Source of the DNA: Ignavibacteriota bacterium
GTDB taxonomy: Bacteria > Bacteroidota > Ignavibacteria > UBA10030
Assembly (NCBI GenBank): GCA_963701295.1
Contig: OY969585.1
Span: 1,600,001 to 1,664,000 of the forward strand
Direction of reading: 5' to 3'
DNA: 64,000 nucleotides
The notes under the pieces are model-generated. The model was not told where the DNA came from, did not search any database, and worked only from the letters and a program-made list of their open reading frames with translations. A program made the position numbers and the translations under genes. This document shows, one piece after another, positions 20,421 to 30,629 of this stretch. Within the stretch, counting starts at the first letter, position 1; each line of letters begins with the position of its first letter.

Positions 20421-22028
20421 TTGAACACTATGCGATTTTTCCATTTACTTGGTTTTCGATTATTTCTCGGTATTGCAATAATCGTGCTCATTGGAACGAC
20501 GCTGTTCACAATGTTACTTGTGGACTGGCAATCTGGCAAGTATATAGCTTCTGCTAAACAGTCGGCAACGAATATCAGTGATCTTATTAGTCGATCCACC
20601 CGTTATAGCATGCTGCTCAACCGCCGGGAGGATATTTACGAAATTATAAAAACAATTGGAAATGAACCACGCATAGAAGGAATACGTATTATAAATAAAA
20701 AAGGGATGGTTACATTTTCAACACAAGAATCCGAAGTTGGGAAAAATATCGATATGACTGCCGAGGCGTGCATTGGTTGCCATGCAACAGGGAAGCCGGT
20801 TGTTCCGCAGAAAGATCCGACACTCAAGCGCATTTTCGATTCGCCGAAAGGATATCGTGTTATTGGGATCATCACTCCTATCCGAAATGATGCAAGTTGT
20901 TCCACAAATGATTGCCATGCGCATAGCCCTTCCCAAACCGTGCTCGGAATTCTTGATGTCATGCTCCCGCTTCAGGAAGTCGATCAGGATATTGTACAAT
21001 TTGAACGTACGCAAATTCTTGGATCGTTTTCACTTGTCGTTCTGCTCACTGGCTTCGTTACCATCTTCATCTGGAGGATGGTCAATATTCCTGTCAAGAG
21101 ACTTGTGATTGGGACTCAGGAAATCGTGAAAGGGAATCTCGATTATCGCATTGATGTCCAAACGAGTAATGAAATTGGATCACTAGGAATGTCCTTCAAT
21201 CAGATGACACAAGAGTTAAAACGCGCACGGGTAGAACTGACTGCTTGGACACAAACACTCGAACAGCGTGTTGCTGAGAAGACCGACGAGCTTCGCCGTG
21301 CACAAAAGCACATGGTACAAATTGAAAAGATGGTGTCACTTGGTACCCTTGCTGCTACTGTTGCGCATGAATTGAATAATCCTTTGGAAGGTATCCTTAC
21401 GTACGCCAAGTTGCTGCGGAAAAAAATAGAACGAGGAATTCCATCGGCGGAAGACACACAAGAAATGATCGGTGAGCTGACGCTCATTGCGGACGAGACG
21501 GCGCGTTGTGGCAACATCGTCAAGAATCTCTTGCTATTTTCACGGGAGAAAGTCGGCGAGTTTAAAGATTCCGATCTGCGGTTGATCATCGAGCGAAGTT
21601 TAAAGCTTATCGACCATCACTTGAAAATGAATAATATTATATCTGTCGTTGAGATGGGAGATAAACAGGTTGTTTTGTACTGCGATCCATATCAATTGGA
21701 AGAGGCGCTGCTTGCGCTTGAGATCAATGCTGTTGAGGCGATGACCGGCGGCGGTTCGTTCTACATCCGTGTAGAAGAAGTTGAATATCTTCATGCAGTT
21801 CAGATCACGGTGCGTGATACAGGGAGCGGAATTACTGAAGAAGATATGTCGCACATCTTCGAACCTTTTTATACAACAAAGAAAGAAGGTAAGGGTACTG
21901 GACTCGGCCTCTCGGTGGTCTATGGTATTATCGAGCGTCATAGCGGTTCAATATCTGTAGATTCAAAACAAGGCATGGGCACAACATTTACTATAACACT
22001 TCCACGACAAACTTTGCCGAATGGATAG
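20421..22028 (+). CDS. Sensor histidine kinase with periplasmic heme-c motifs, HAMP, HisKA and HATPase domains
   Basis: Two TM helices flank CIGCH and CSTNDCH. H-box AHELNNPL; FEPFYTTK; GTGLGL. Confidence 0.92.
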   Translation: MNTMRFFHLLGFRLFLGIAIIVLIGTTLFTMLLVDWQSGKYIASAKQSATNISDLISRSTRYSMLLNRREDIYEIIKTIGNEPRIEGIRIINKKGMVTFSTQESEVGKNIDMTAEACIGCHATGKPVVPQKDPTLKRIFDSPKGYRVIGIITPIRNDASCSTNDCHAHSPSQTVLGILDVMLPLQEVDQDIVQFERTQILGSFSLVVLLTGFVTIFIWRMVNIPVKRLVIGTQEIVKGNLDYRIDVQTSNEIGSLGMSFNQMTQELKRARVELTAWTQTLEQRVAEKTDELRRAQKHMVQIEKMVSLGTLAATVAHELNNPLEGILTYAKLLRKKIERGIPSAEDTQEMIGELTLIADETARCGNIVKNLLLFSREKVGEFKDSDLRLIIERSLKLIDHHLKMNNIISVVEMGDKQVVLYCDPYQLEEALLALEINAVEAMTGGGSFYIRVEEVEYLHAVQITVRDTGSGITEEDMSHIFEPFYTTKKEGKGTGLGLSVVYGIIERHSGSISVDSKQGMGTTFTITLPRQTLPNG

Positions 22029-22069
22029 ACACATAATGAAAAGAAGAATTCTATCAAGGGATATGAATT

Positions 22070-23425
22070 ATGACTGAAAAAAAGTCTACACCACAAAGCA
22101 TCATGATTGTTGATGACGAACTGATTGTCCGTGAATCACTTACGAAGTGGTTCCGCCAAGATGGGTACCACGTCGAATCAGCGGAAGATGCAAACCACGC
22201 ACTTAAATTAATGAATGAAGGTCTATGGGATCTGGCATTACTCGATATCAAGATGCCTGGAATGAGCGGGCTTGATCTTCAGAAACGCCTCAAGGAGATT
22301 AGCAAGAACACAAGTGTTATCATGATCACGGCATTCGCCTCAGTCGAGAGCGCTGTGCAGGCGCTCAAAGAAGGTGCGTTCGATTATGTCACCAAGCCCA
22401 TCGATCCGGAACATCTTTCGCATCTTGTTACAAATGCTCTTAAACAGAGAAAATTAGTAGAAGAAAATGTTCAACTTCGCGAACAGATTTCGGATATAGC
22501 CAAAGCAAACGAGATCGTTGGTGAAAGTCAGCAAGTCCAAAAAGTGGTAGAGCTGGCAAAGACCGTTTCCAAAACCGATACAACAGTGATGCTGCGCGGT
22601 GAAAGCGGGACCGGCAAGGAGCTGATTGCACGAGTCATTCACGCTAACAGCAGCCGTCGTTACTTTCCCATCATTGCCGTCGATTGCGGCGCAATGGCTG
22701 AAAGCCTTCTGGAGAGCGAGCTGTTTGGTCATGAGAAAGGTTCATTTACTGGCGCACAGTTTCGTAGAAAGGGAAAATTTGAATTGTCTGATGGTGGAAC
22801 AATCTTTCTCGATGAAATCGGAACAATAAGCCAGAAAATGCAAGTGGAGCTCTTGCGTGTTCTTGAGACAAAGCAATTCACGCGTGTCGGTGGAAATGAA
22901 GTCGTATCCAGCGATTTTCGCGTGGTCTGCGCTACGAATCGTGATCTCGAAGCCGCGATTAAGGAGGGATTGTTTCGTGAAGATCTCTATTATCGTCTAA
23001 ATGTTTTTACGATTGTGATTCCCCCGCTGCGTGAGCGCCGACAGGATATTCCATTACTTGCTGAGTATTTCTGCAATAAACATGCAGCCGCTATGCACAA
23101 AGCGGTCACCGAAATCAGTCCGAATGCAATGGATATTATGGTGCAGTATGATTGGCCGGGCAATGTACGGGAATTGGAAAATGTCATGGAACGTGCGATG
23201 GTGCTTGCAAAGCCGCCGGCAATTCAGCATACCGATTTACCTTTCCAGCTTGCATCAAAAGCGCATGGGCTGCAGGCAGATTCGATTGCAGCGATTGAAC
23301 GAGCCCACATCGAAATGATTCTGCACCGAAGCGGATGGAATATTTCACGGTCGGCGGATATTCTCGATATTGATCGCGTCACGTTGTACAATAAAATCTC
23401 CAAGTACGGTTTAAAGAGACCGTAG
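22070..23425 (+). CDS. sigma54-dependent NtrC/ZraR-family response regulator
   Basis: REC domain, GESGTGKE, ELFGHEKGSFTGA, WPGNVREL and a C-terminal HTH. Confidence 0.96.
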   Translation: MTEKKSTPQSIMIVDDELIVRESLTKWFRQDGYHVESAEDANHALKLMNEGLWDLALLDIKMPGMSGLDLQKRLKEISKNTSVIMITAFASVESAVQALKEGAFDYVTKPIDPEHLSHLVTNALKQRKLVEENVQLREQISDIAKANEIVGESQQVQKVVELAKTVSKTDTTVMLRGESGTGKELIARVIHANSSRRYFPIIAVDCGAMAESLLESELFGHEKGSFTGAQFRRKGKFELSDGGTIFLDEIGTISQKMQVELLRVLETKQFTRVGGNEVVSSDFRVVCATNRDLEAAIKEGLFREDLYYRLNVFTIVIPPLRERRQDIPLLAEYFCNKHAAAMHKAVTEISPNAMDIMVQYDWPGNVRELENVMERAMVLAKPPAIQHTDLPFQLASKAHGLQADSIAAIERAHIEMILHRSGWNISRSADILDIDRVTLYNKISKYGLKRP

Positions 23426-23428
23426 GCG

Positions 23429-23971
23429 ATGTCGTCGATTCTGATCGTTCCGATTCGGCCGGTCGATCATGCGGAATTAACCTCGCTCATCGCACCGTTA
23501 ATAAGTATATTTGAGCAATCGATTTCCATCGAAGAGTCGAGATACGTTGATCTGGCGTTCGCATTTGATTCGTACCGCAACCAATTCAATTCCACTTCCA
23601 TTATTGCAGCACTTCTCGAAACCTATACAACACATCAAGGGAAAATCATTGGGATAACAACGGTGGATCTTTTTGTACCTGTGCTTACGTATGTATTCGG
23701 AGAAGCCCAGCTAGATGGTAAAGCTGCTGTGCTTTCTTCGTTTCGGCTCAGAGAAGAACTCTTCGGATTGGATGCGAATCCCGAGTTAGAGCATATTCGT
23801 TTATTGAAAGAAGCTGTTCATGAGCTTGGCCATACTTTCGGACTTATTCACTGCCATAGACCGGCGTGCGTCATGCACTCCTCTACTTTAGCCGAAGAGA
23901 TCGATGTGAAAGGAAAGAATTTTTGTGAAGAGTGTGAGCAGACAATAAGGGAAGCAACAACGATGAGTTGA
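23429..23971 (+). CDS. Archaemetzincin (peptidase M54)
   Basis: KEAVHELGHTFGLIHC...CVMHSS...FCEEC. Confidence 0.93.
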   Translation: MSSILIVPIRPVDHAELTSLIAPLISIFEQSISIEESRYVDLAFAFDSYRNQFNSTSIIAALLETYTTHQGKIIGITTVDLFVPVLTYVFGEAQLDGKAAVLSSFRLREELFGLDANPELEHIRLLKEAVHELGHTFGLIHCHRPACVMHSSTLAEEIDVKGKNFCEECEQTIREATTMS

Positions 23972-24015
23972 ATCTTATTGGACAACTTAATAACCTGTTC
24001 TATACATAAGACAAT

Positions 24016-24450
24016 TTATCGAGCGCCAGTAATATAATTTTCCAATTGCTTGATTGTGTCTTCATGCTGGGAAATGATGGCTTTCACGACATCTCCAATT
24101 GAAATCATGCCGACGAGTTTACCGTTTTCTAATACGGGGAGATGACGGATGTGTTTGCCCGTCATGAGGGCCATGCAATCTTCAATTGATTGATCTGGTG
24201 TTACAGAAATCACTCCAGAAGTCATGACATTTCGTATAGCAATATTATGAGAGGATTCTCCTTTTAACACGACCTTTCTTGCATAGTCCCGTTCTGAAAA
24301 GATTCCTATCAATTGATTGCCTTCGATCACTAAGAGTGCACCGACATTTTTATCAGCCATTACTTTCAGGGCATCAAATACCAAAGCATCCGGTGCGGTC
24401 GACCAGATATCATTACCTTTGGATTGCAACACACTTCTGACGGTTGTCAT
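24016..24450 (-). CDS. CBS domain protein
   Basis: GIFSERDYARKV, IRHLPV, SIGDVVK. The start is taken as MTTVRS at 24450. Confidence 0.92.
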   Translation of the reverse strand: MTTVRSVLQSKGNDIWSTAPDALVFDALKVMADKNVGALLVIEGNQLIGIFSERDYARKVVLKGESSHNIAIRNVMTSGVISVTPDQSIEDCMALMTGKHIRHLPVLENGKLVGMISIGDVVKAIISQHEDTIKQLENYITGAR

Positions 24451-24609
24451 AATACGACTCCTCTCATTACCGTTTATCACTAAACACACCATGGATGGTA
24501 TTGATTCCCTCTATAAAATGTGAAAGTCTACGAAGAAAATCAATAAACAATATATCTTATGATTGTGCTTGTATAAGAAATGATGCTTTTATAAGTCTCC
24601 CATTGATTC

Positions 24610-25746
24610 TTAGAGAGTATCCAATGAGGTTACTAATTGATCTACACATTGTGTAACATCAAAGCGTTTAAGAGCGTCGGTTCGCGCTTCCGATGAAAAC
24701 GATGATCGTAGTTGCTTATCCTTGAGCAATTTCAAGATTGCTTCAGCAAGAGCGGGCACATTCTGCGGAGGAGTAAGAAGCCCAGTGGAGCCGTGTGTAA
24801 TAATTTCCGGTACACCTCCGGAGTTTGTTGCAACAATTGCTTTTCCCATCGCCAATGCTTCAACGAGAACAAAGCCAAATGTTTCGGCGTGGGAAGGGAG
24901 GACGAAGATATCGATAGCAGACATAAATTCAGGAACCGCGTCCGTAAATGGAAGAAACTGAACTTTGTCGTTCACTCCAAGTTCGATACTCAGATCTCTC
25001 AAGTTTTTTTTGAATCCATACTGCCCTTCAGTTTCATCTCCTGCGATAACGAAATGCAAATTAGTTTGATGTTTTAAAAGAATCGGAATAGCTCGAATGA
25101 ACTCCTCCTGTCCTTTTTGTAGGTCCAATCTACCTAATACACCAACAACAAGTTTTGATTGCGGAATGTCAAACTGTATTCTGGCTGTTTTTTGATCATA
25201 GAGACAGGGATTGAAGCGTTGCAAGTCTGTGCCAATGGGAATGACGTTAATTCGTCCCTGAGGCATGCGTGTATGCTCAATAACTTCCTGCTTCATCTTC
25301 TTTGTTAGAGTAATCCAGAGTGAAAGATGAGAGTACATCCATGTGTGGAGAATATCGCGTTTATTTATACCAAACTGCATTTCCTGGTAGAACACAGGTT
25401 TCGCATACGGATAGAGCACATGTGCGATTGTAACAATACTCATGTCTTTTGATTGCATTATAACAACGACGTCTATACGGTGGGATCGAAAAATGCGCGC
25501 TAAATGGATTGAAGCCGTAACATCGCCATATTTCAATTTTGTCTTTAAGAGTTCTACTTTAAGATCATATTGTCTAGCAAACTGTGCCAGCGATGTGTCC
25601 GGTGGCACGATGAGAAGGCAATCTGCCATTCGCTTTTTGAATTCAGATGCAAGTTTCAATATACTTAATTCTAATCCCCCAAAAGAGGAGGAGAAACAAA
25701 CAAAGGCGATGTTGCAGTTTTTTGAAAATGTTATCTCATCATTCAT
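24610..25746 (-). CDS. Glycosyltransferase family 4
   Basis: GGLE, GRLDLQKG, ETFGFVLVEALAMG. Confidence 0.92.
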   Translation of the reverse strand: MNDEITFSKNCNIAFVCFSSSFGGLELSILKLASEFKKRMADCLLIVPPDTSLAQFARQYDLKVELLKTKLKYGDVTASIHLARIFRSHRIDVVVIMQSKDMSIVTIAHVLYPYAKPVFYQEMQFGINKRDILHTWMYSHLSLWITLTKKMKQEVIEHTRMPQGRINVIPIGTDLQRFNPCLYDQKTARIQFDIPQSKLVVGVLGRLDLQKGQEEFIRAIPILLKHQTNLHFVIAGDETEGQYGFKKNLRDLSIELGVNDKVQFLPFTDAVPEFMSAIDIFVLPSHAETFGFVLVEALAMGKAIVATNSGGVPEIITHGSTGLLTPPQNVPALAEAILKLLKDKQLRSSFSSEARTDALKRFDVTQCVDQLVTSLDTL

Positions 25747-26142
25747 TGAAGATTAGGATTTAATAAGATGCATTTATGTGAAGGTGCTCAGTTTCTGTTC
25801 ATCCAATAAAATGAAAATTTCCAAGACAAACATGACATTTCTTCCTTTTTCTGAGGAGGATAATGGAATATAGTTGAAAAGGATTAACTATTTCAGTATT
25901 CTTTTAAAGTGTTTTTTAATAAACTAAAACTTCGGTATACTTATTTATTAAGGTAATGAGTATTCTCTCCAAGAGGGATGGTAGAGAAAGAGCATGAAAA
26001 AACTTGTGGCAATCCGGGAGTCCTTTTCTGCAACAGAAGCAAAAAAGATATAAAATTACTGGATACGTACGAAATAAAATTCTTCAAAGAGAGCACGATG
26101 GTTGTTCGATTCCTCTTGTCAAGAATCTGATATTATCTTAGA

Positions 26143-29016
26143 GTGCTCTGCATAAAATTCGATCACAGACCCAAGTGCTATGAAAGGAGCGTAGAAGTCA
26201 TTCAGCCCATAATACCTACTCCATCATCAGGCAAAGTAGAACCGGAAATAAATTTCAATCGTATTGTATCAGTCTTCAGTACCATGACATTAGTGATTGG
26301 TGTCTTTGGATTATTGGGCTGGATACCATGGTTTCGTGTACTCACCGGTATTCATTTAGATTATGTTTCTATTGCACCAGTCTCATCGGCGGCTTTCCTC
26401 GTATTTGGACTTATCTTGCTTCTCCTCGTCCGTAAACAGTGCCACGATAGAAATAAAGTGATCGTATCGACTATCATAGCTTTCATATCTATCTATGGGC
26501 TTTTAGAGTTCATTGGATACTTTGCAGATGTTGATCTCACTTTTGATTCCGTTTTGTTCTCTGCTGCAGAAAAACTTGGTCCATTTGATGTCAAACGTAT
26601 GTCCCCCCTCGCCGGCATACTGTTCTTCTTTTCTGGGGTTTCTCTGCAGCTCAAAGTTTTTAGTGAGGATCGTTTAAAAATTCTAAACTTGGTCGGTGGA
26701 TATGGGCTGATAACTCTACTAGCAGGTTTTATAGCAACAATAGGATATTTGTTTGGAACTCCGCTCCTCTATGGCGGTACCATGATTCCATTAACAGTAA
26801 CAACCGCTATAGGATTTTTAATTTTGGGATGCGGGTTGGTGGCAATCGCAGGACTTAAAATGTTTTTTATACGACCCTTTGTTGGTTCGTCGGCAAGTGC
26901 AAGGATGCTTCAAGTTCTTGTTCCGTTGGTTGTCATAGCTATTCTCATTGAAGGATATCTCAACGAAGTGTTTGCAAAAGCATTGGACATCAACCAAGCA
27001 TTACTTTCTGCAGTTTTAAGCTTGGTTTTTGCAATAGTGACCGGTCTTCTTGTTGTTCAAATTGCACGAGCCGTATTTCGTAAAGCAGATAAAGTAGAGA
27101 TCGAACGTCGGCGGGTACAGCATGATCTCGAAGCTTCTGAGATTCGTTATCGTCGGCTCTTTGAATCGGCTAAGGATGGCATTCTCATTCTTGATGCAGC
27201 GACCGGAGAAGTAGTGGATGTCAACCCCTTTATGATCGAATTGCTGGGGTATCCGCATGAATTATTTTTAGGGAAGGCAATCTGGGAAATTGGACTTTTT
27301 AGAGATGTTGTAGCATCGAAAGAAGCTTTCTTAAAATTGCAAAGGAAAGGCTATATCCGTTATAAAGATCTGCCGATGGAAACAAGGGATGGCCGGAAGA
27401 TCTATATTGAATTTGTGAGTAATGTCTATCGAGTAAACAGCACGTCAGTCATCCAGTGTAATATCCGCGATATCACAGAACGCAAACGAGCGGAAGAATC
27501 TCTCATGCTGCAAAACGTTGCGTTGCAATCAGCGGCGAATGCAATTGTAATCACAGATCGAGCTGGAAAAATCATTTCAGTAAATCAGGCTTTTACTCAA
27601 TTAACAGGTTATTCTCAGGAAGATGTTATCGGCAATAAACCGAATATCCTCAAATCCGGCAGCCACACTGACTCCTTTTATCAAAATTTGTGGAAGACTA
27701 TTCTTTCCGAAGATGTATGGAAGGGAGAGATTGAGAATAGACGTAAAGACGGAAGTCTTTATACCGAAGAAATGACAATTACTCCAGTGCGTCAAGCGCA
27801 AGGGGAAATTTCACATTTCATTGCTATTAAGCAAGACATCACCGATAGAAAAAAGCTGCAACAGGAAATACTTCAATCCCAGAAAATACAAAGCATCGGT
27901 ACACTTGCTGGCGGCATCGCGCACGACTTCAACAATATCCTTGCTATCATTCTCATCTATGCTTCATTATTAGAGCGATCGGAAGATTCTAGTAAGGAAA
28001 AGATCCTGGAGAGCAGTCGTGCAATTGCTCGAGCAGTGGGTAGGGGCAAAGAACTTGTGCGTCAGATTCTCACATTCGCAAGAAAAACGGATGTCGTCTT
28101 CGAACCGATGAGTGTTGTTGATTTGATTCATGAACTTCTTTCTATGCTCAAAGTAACATTTCCCAAAGTTATCACATTTGTAGAGAAGATCGATGAAGAT
28201 GTTCCGTTCATCTTTGCTGATCGTGCACAAATCCATCAGGTGATATTGAATCTTTATGTCAATGCCCGTGATGCTATGCCGCATGGAGGGACAATCACGA
28301 TCAAGGTAGAAAAACGAATGAAGGACCATGTCCAAAAAAGGTTCCCTGCTGCCGAGCAAAATTCATATATCTGTATAAGTGTAACCGATACGGGCGAAGG
28401 AATAGACAAAGCAATAATTTCCCGGATCTTTGATCCATTCTTTACCACCAAGGAAATGGGAAAAGGAACAGGCCTTGGTTTGGCCGTTGTTTATGGTGTT
28501 CTACAATCCCATCACGGTTATGTCGATGTAGAGAGCGAACGAGAACTTGGCACAACTTTCCGGCTCTACTTTCCCATTCCCCTATTGAATGAACAAGTGA
28601 TTGCTGTTCCGTCTATGCCTGAATCTATTGTTGTCGGCGGTACAGAAACAATTTTATTCGTGGAGGATGAAGAACTTCTAATAGAGTCGGTGCGTCCATT
28701 GCTGAAATCAAAAGGATATAAGGTATATACAGCAGTGGATGGAATAGAGGCGATTAAGCTCTATGACCAACACAAACAGGAAATTGATCTTGTTATGACA
28801 GATATGGGCCTGCCAGGAATTACAGGTAAGGATGAATTCAAGATACTCAAAGAGATGAATCCTAGTGTCAAAGTCGTTCTCGCCAGCGGATTCTTCGAAC
28901 CCGAATTGAAATCCGAACTCTTGAAAGCTGGAGTTAAGGGGTTTATTCAGAAACCGTATATACCGGATGATATTTTACGGATTATTCGTGAAGCATTAGA
29001 TACAAAAAACGAATAA
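26143..29016 (+). CDS. Hybrid histidine kinase (multi-TM, two PAS, HisKA, HATPase, REC)
   Basis: AHDFNNIL, FDPFFTTK, GTGLGL and a C-terminal REC domain. Start uncertain. Confidence 0.92.
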   Translation: MLCIKFDHRPKCYERSVEVIQPIIPTPSSGKVEPEINFNRIVSVFSTMTLVIGVFGLLGWIPWFRVLTGIHLDYVSIAPVSSAAFLVFGLILLLLVRKQCHDRNKVIVSTIIAFISIYGLLEFIGYFADVDLTFDSVLFSAAEKLGPFDVKRMSPLAGILFFFSGVSLQLKVFSEDRLKILNLVGGYGLITLLAGFIATIGYLFGTPLLYGGTMIPLTVTTAIGFLILGCGLVAIAGLKMFFIRPFVGSSASARMLQVLVPLVVIAILIEGYLNEVFAKALDINQALLSAVLSLVFAIVTGLLVVQIARAVFRKADKVEIERRRVQHDLEASEIRYRRLFESAKDGILILDAATGEVVDVNPFMIELLGYPHELFLGKAIWEIGLFRDVVASKEAFLKLQRKGYIRYKDLPMETRDGRKIYIEFVSNVYRVNSTSVIQCNIRDITERKRAEESLMLQNVALQSAANAIVITDRAGKIISVNQAFTQLTGYSQEDVIGNKPNILKSGSHTDSFYQNLWKTILSEDVWKGEIENRRKDGSLYTEEMTITPVRQAQGEISHFIAIKQDITDRKKLQQEILQSQKIQSIGTLAGGIAHDFNNILAIILIYASLLERSEDSSKEKILESSRAIARAVGRGKELVRQILTFARKTDVVFEPMSVVDLIHELLSMLKVTFPKVITFVEKIDEDVPFIFADRAQIHQVILNLYVNARDAMPHGGTITIKVEKRMKDHVQKRFPAAEQNSYICISVTDTGEGIDKAIISRIFDPFFTTKEMGKGTGLGLAVVYGVLQSHHGYVDVESERELGTTFRLYFPIPLLNEQVIAVPSMPESIVVGGTETILFVEDEELLIESVRPLLKSKGYKVYTAVDGIEAIKLYDQHKQEIDLVMTDMGLPGITGKDEFKILKEMNPSVKVVLASGFFEPELKSELLKAGVKGFIQKPYIPDDILRIIREALDTKNE

Positions 29017-29112
29017 ACAATTGATAGCACGAATACTGACACCTCCTCGATTGATAGGGAGTATTGACGATTTGAATAAGTGTTAGGAGACGATGAGGAG
29101 GTTTGAATGTGG

Positions 29113-29159
29113 GTCAGAAAGGTTTTTCTGACAGACATCATCAGGAGCAAATTCCTGCA
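29113..29159. promoter_or_regulatory. Two GTCAGGA-N6-TCCTGAC-type palindromes
   Basis: GTCAGAA-aggttt-TTCTGAC (29113-29132) and ATCAGGA-gcaaat-TCCTGCA (29140-29159). Confidence 0.55.
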
Positions 29160-29917
29160 TAATAACAAGTCCTTCAACACAAACAGGTGTTCCTGAACAT
29201 TCTATATAACGCTTCTTTCTCCTAAAAAGGAATCCCTTTCTCAAACTTTCGGGCTATTCTTGCTTAAGAAAATCATCAAAAATCCTCTATATAAAACAGA
29301 TTGCGCTTGTTAAAAACAAGTCGAGATTTGTTCCAAAGTGGAAATTTTCATAGTTTGAACAAGAATTCTCGAGCTCAAAGAACACTCCTAGGAGTATAGT
29401 TTTGGGGCCTTCAACTTTCCCATAACTATTTCATACAAATGTACATACATTCGAGCTCGATGGTTCCTTGGAACAATGCGCTTGTAATGAGGTGTGCTGG
29501 TAACGATGCAGCAAAAATTTTAGGTTTACGAGTCCAATCTTCTGCCAGAATGCACGTTGAAGATTTCGATCACAAATCTAAGTGCTCGGGTAGGAGCACA
29601 GAAGTTATGAAATTCAATCCGCAAGGTGCAAAATTGTTCAATCTCTTTTTTTATCCACATCCAAAATATTTTAAAAACCAAATATTTTTTCCATCACTCT
29701 CGGTGAAAATGCCACGTTTATGTCTAAAGTTATGCCTGTGTCGTCAGGACTACTGTTTTGTGTTGTCAAATCATTCTTTCCGTACTGTCTGGACTTTCAT
29801 CCTAGCAGATGCAGAGCGAATTTTGAGCAGGTACGAAGGAACGACAGGAGGTAACTCCCGGCGTCACCTTCATACAATAGTCCCATGTTCTTGGAGCTGA
29901 ATATAGAAGGAGTCCTC

Positions 29918-30475
29918 ATGATAAAATTTATACGTTCAATACCAGAGTATGCGACGGCATTCTTCGCAAGGTACCCTGCAGTGCTTTCGGGATATATTAT
30001 ATATTGTTACTTATTTATTTCTATTATGCGTCTGTTTTATAGAGTGAAACATCATGGTGCAACGTTATACGAAGCCTATGATATTTTCAGCGCACTGCCA
30101 TTCATGTGGCTCTTGGCAGTCAGTTTGGTGAAAGTGATTGAGTATCGTACAAAACTTCATCAAAACGAAACACAACAGTTAGCGCATGAGAGAGAATTAC
30201 AAATGAAAGATACTCAACTGAAAACCATGCATGAAGTTGTAAAGGGTTTGCAACATCAGATCAATAATCCGCTTGCTATCATTGCTCTCTTAATTAGTAA
30301 AACAAAAAAATCAGTAAAGGATAATCAAGACGCAATTAAGAATATTGAGTCCATCGAACATTCCGCCAATAGTATTGCCCAGGCGCTCGAAGACTTTAAA
30401 CGGGCAGAGATCTATAAAACTGACAACATTGGCTCGCTGGAGGGAAAGATCGCTACAATTCCCAAAGAACAATAG
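29918..30475 (+). CDS. Membrane protein with a HisKA-like H-box and no ATPase domain
   Basis: Two TM helices, a coiled coil and LQHQINNPL. An AAGGAG RBS precedes the ATG at 29918. Confidence 0.75.
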   Translation: MIKFIRSIPEYATAFFARYPAVLSGYIIYCYLFISIMRLFYRVKHHGATLYEAYDIFSALPFMWLLAVSLVKVIEYRTKLHQNETQQLAHERELQMKDTQLKTMHEVVKGLQHQINNPLAIIALLISKTKKSVKDNQDAIKNIESIEHSANSIAQALEDFKRAEIYKTDNIGSLEGKIATIPKEQ

Positions 30476-30487
30476 TAAAAAATATGT

Positions 30488-30543
30488 GTTAGGAAGTAAT
30501 TCTTGACATCTTCAACACGTGCCGCCATGACTTTCATCCTGAC
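30488..30543. promoter_or_regulatory. Two more copies of the GTCAGGA-N6-TCCTGAC palindrome
   Basis: GTTAGGA-agtaat-TCTTGAC (30488-30507) and GCCATGA-ctttca-TCCTGAC (30524-30543). Confidence 0.5.
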
Positions 30544-30629
30544 GGTAGTAAGGAAGTACAAAATAAATTGAAGACAACCTCAAAACTTGTTCTGGGGTTA
30601 TATATCATAATATGAAAGGCAGTCGCACT

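Noticed and set aside
29439-29900. 153 aa ORF upstream of the HisKA-only gene
   Set aside because: No recognisable motifs, and it overlaps putative operator and leader elements; probably spurious.
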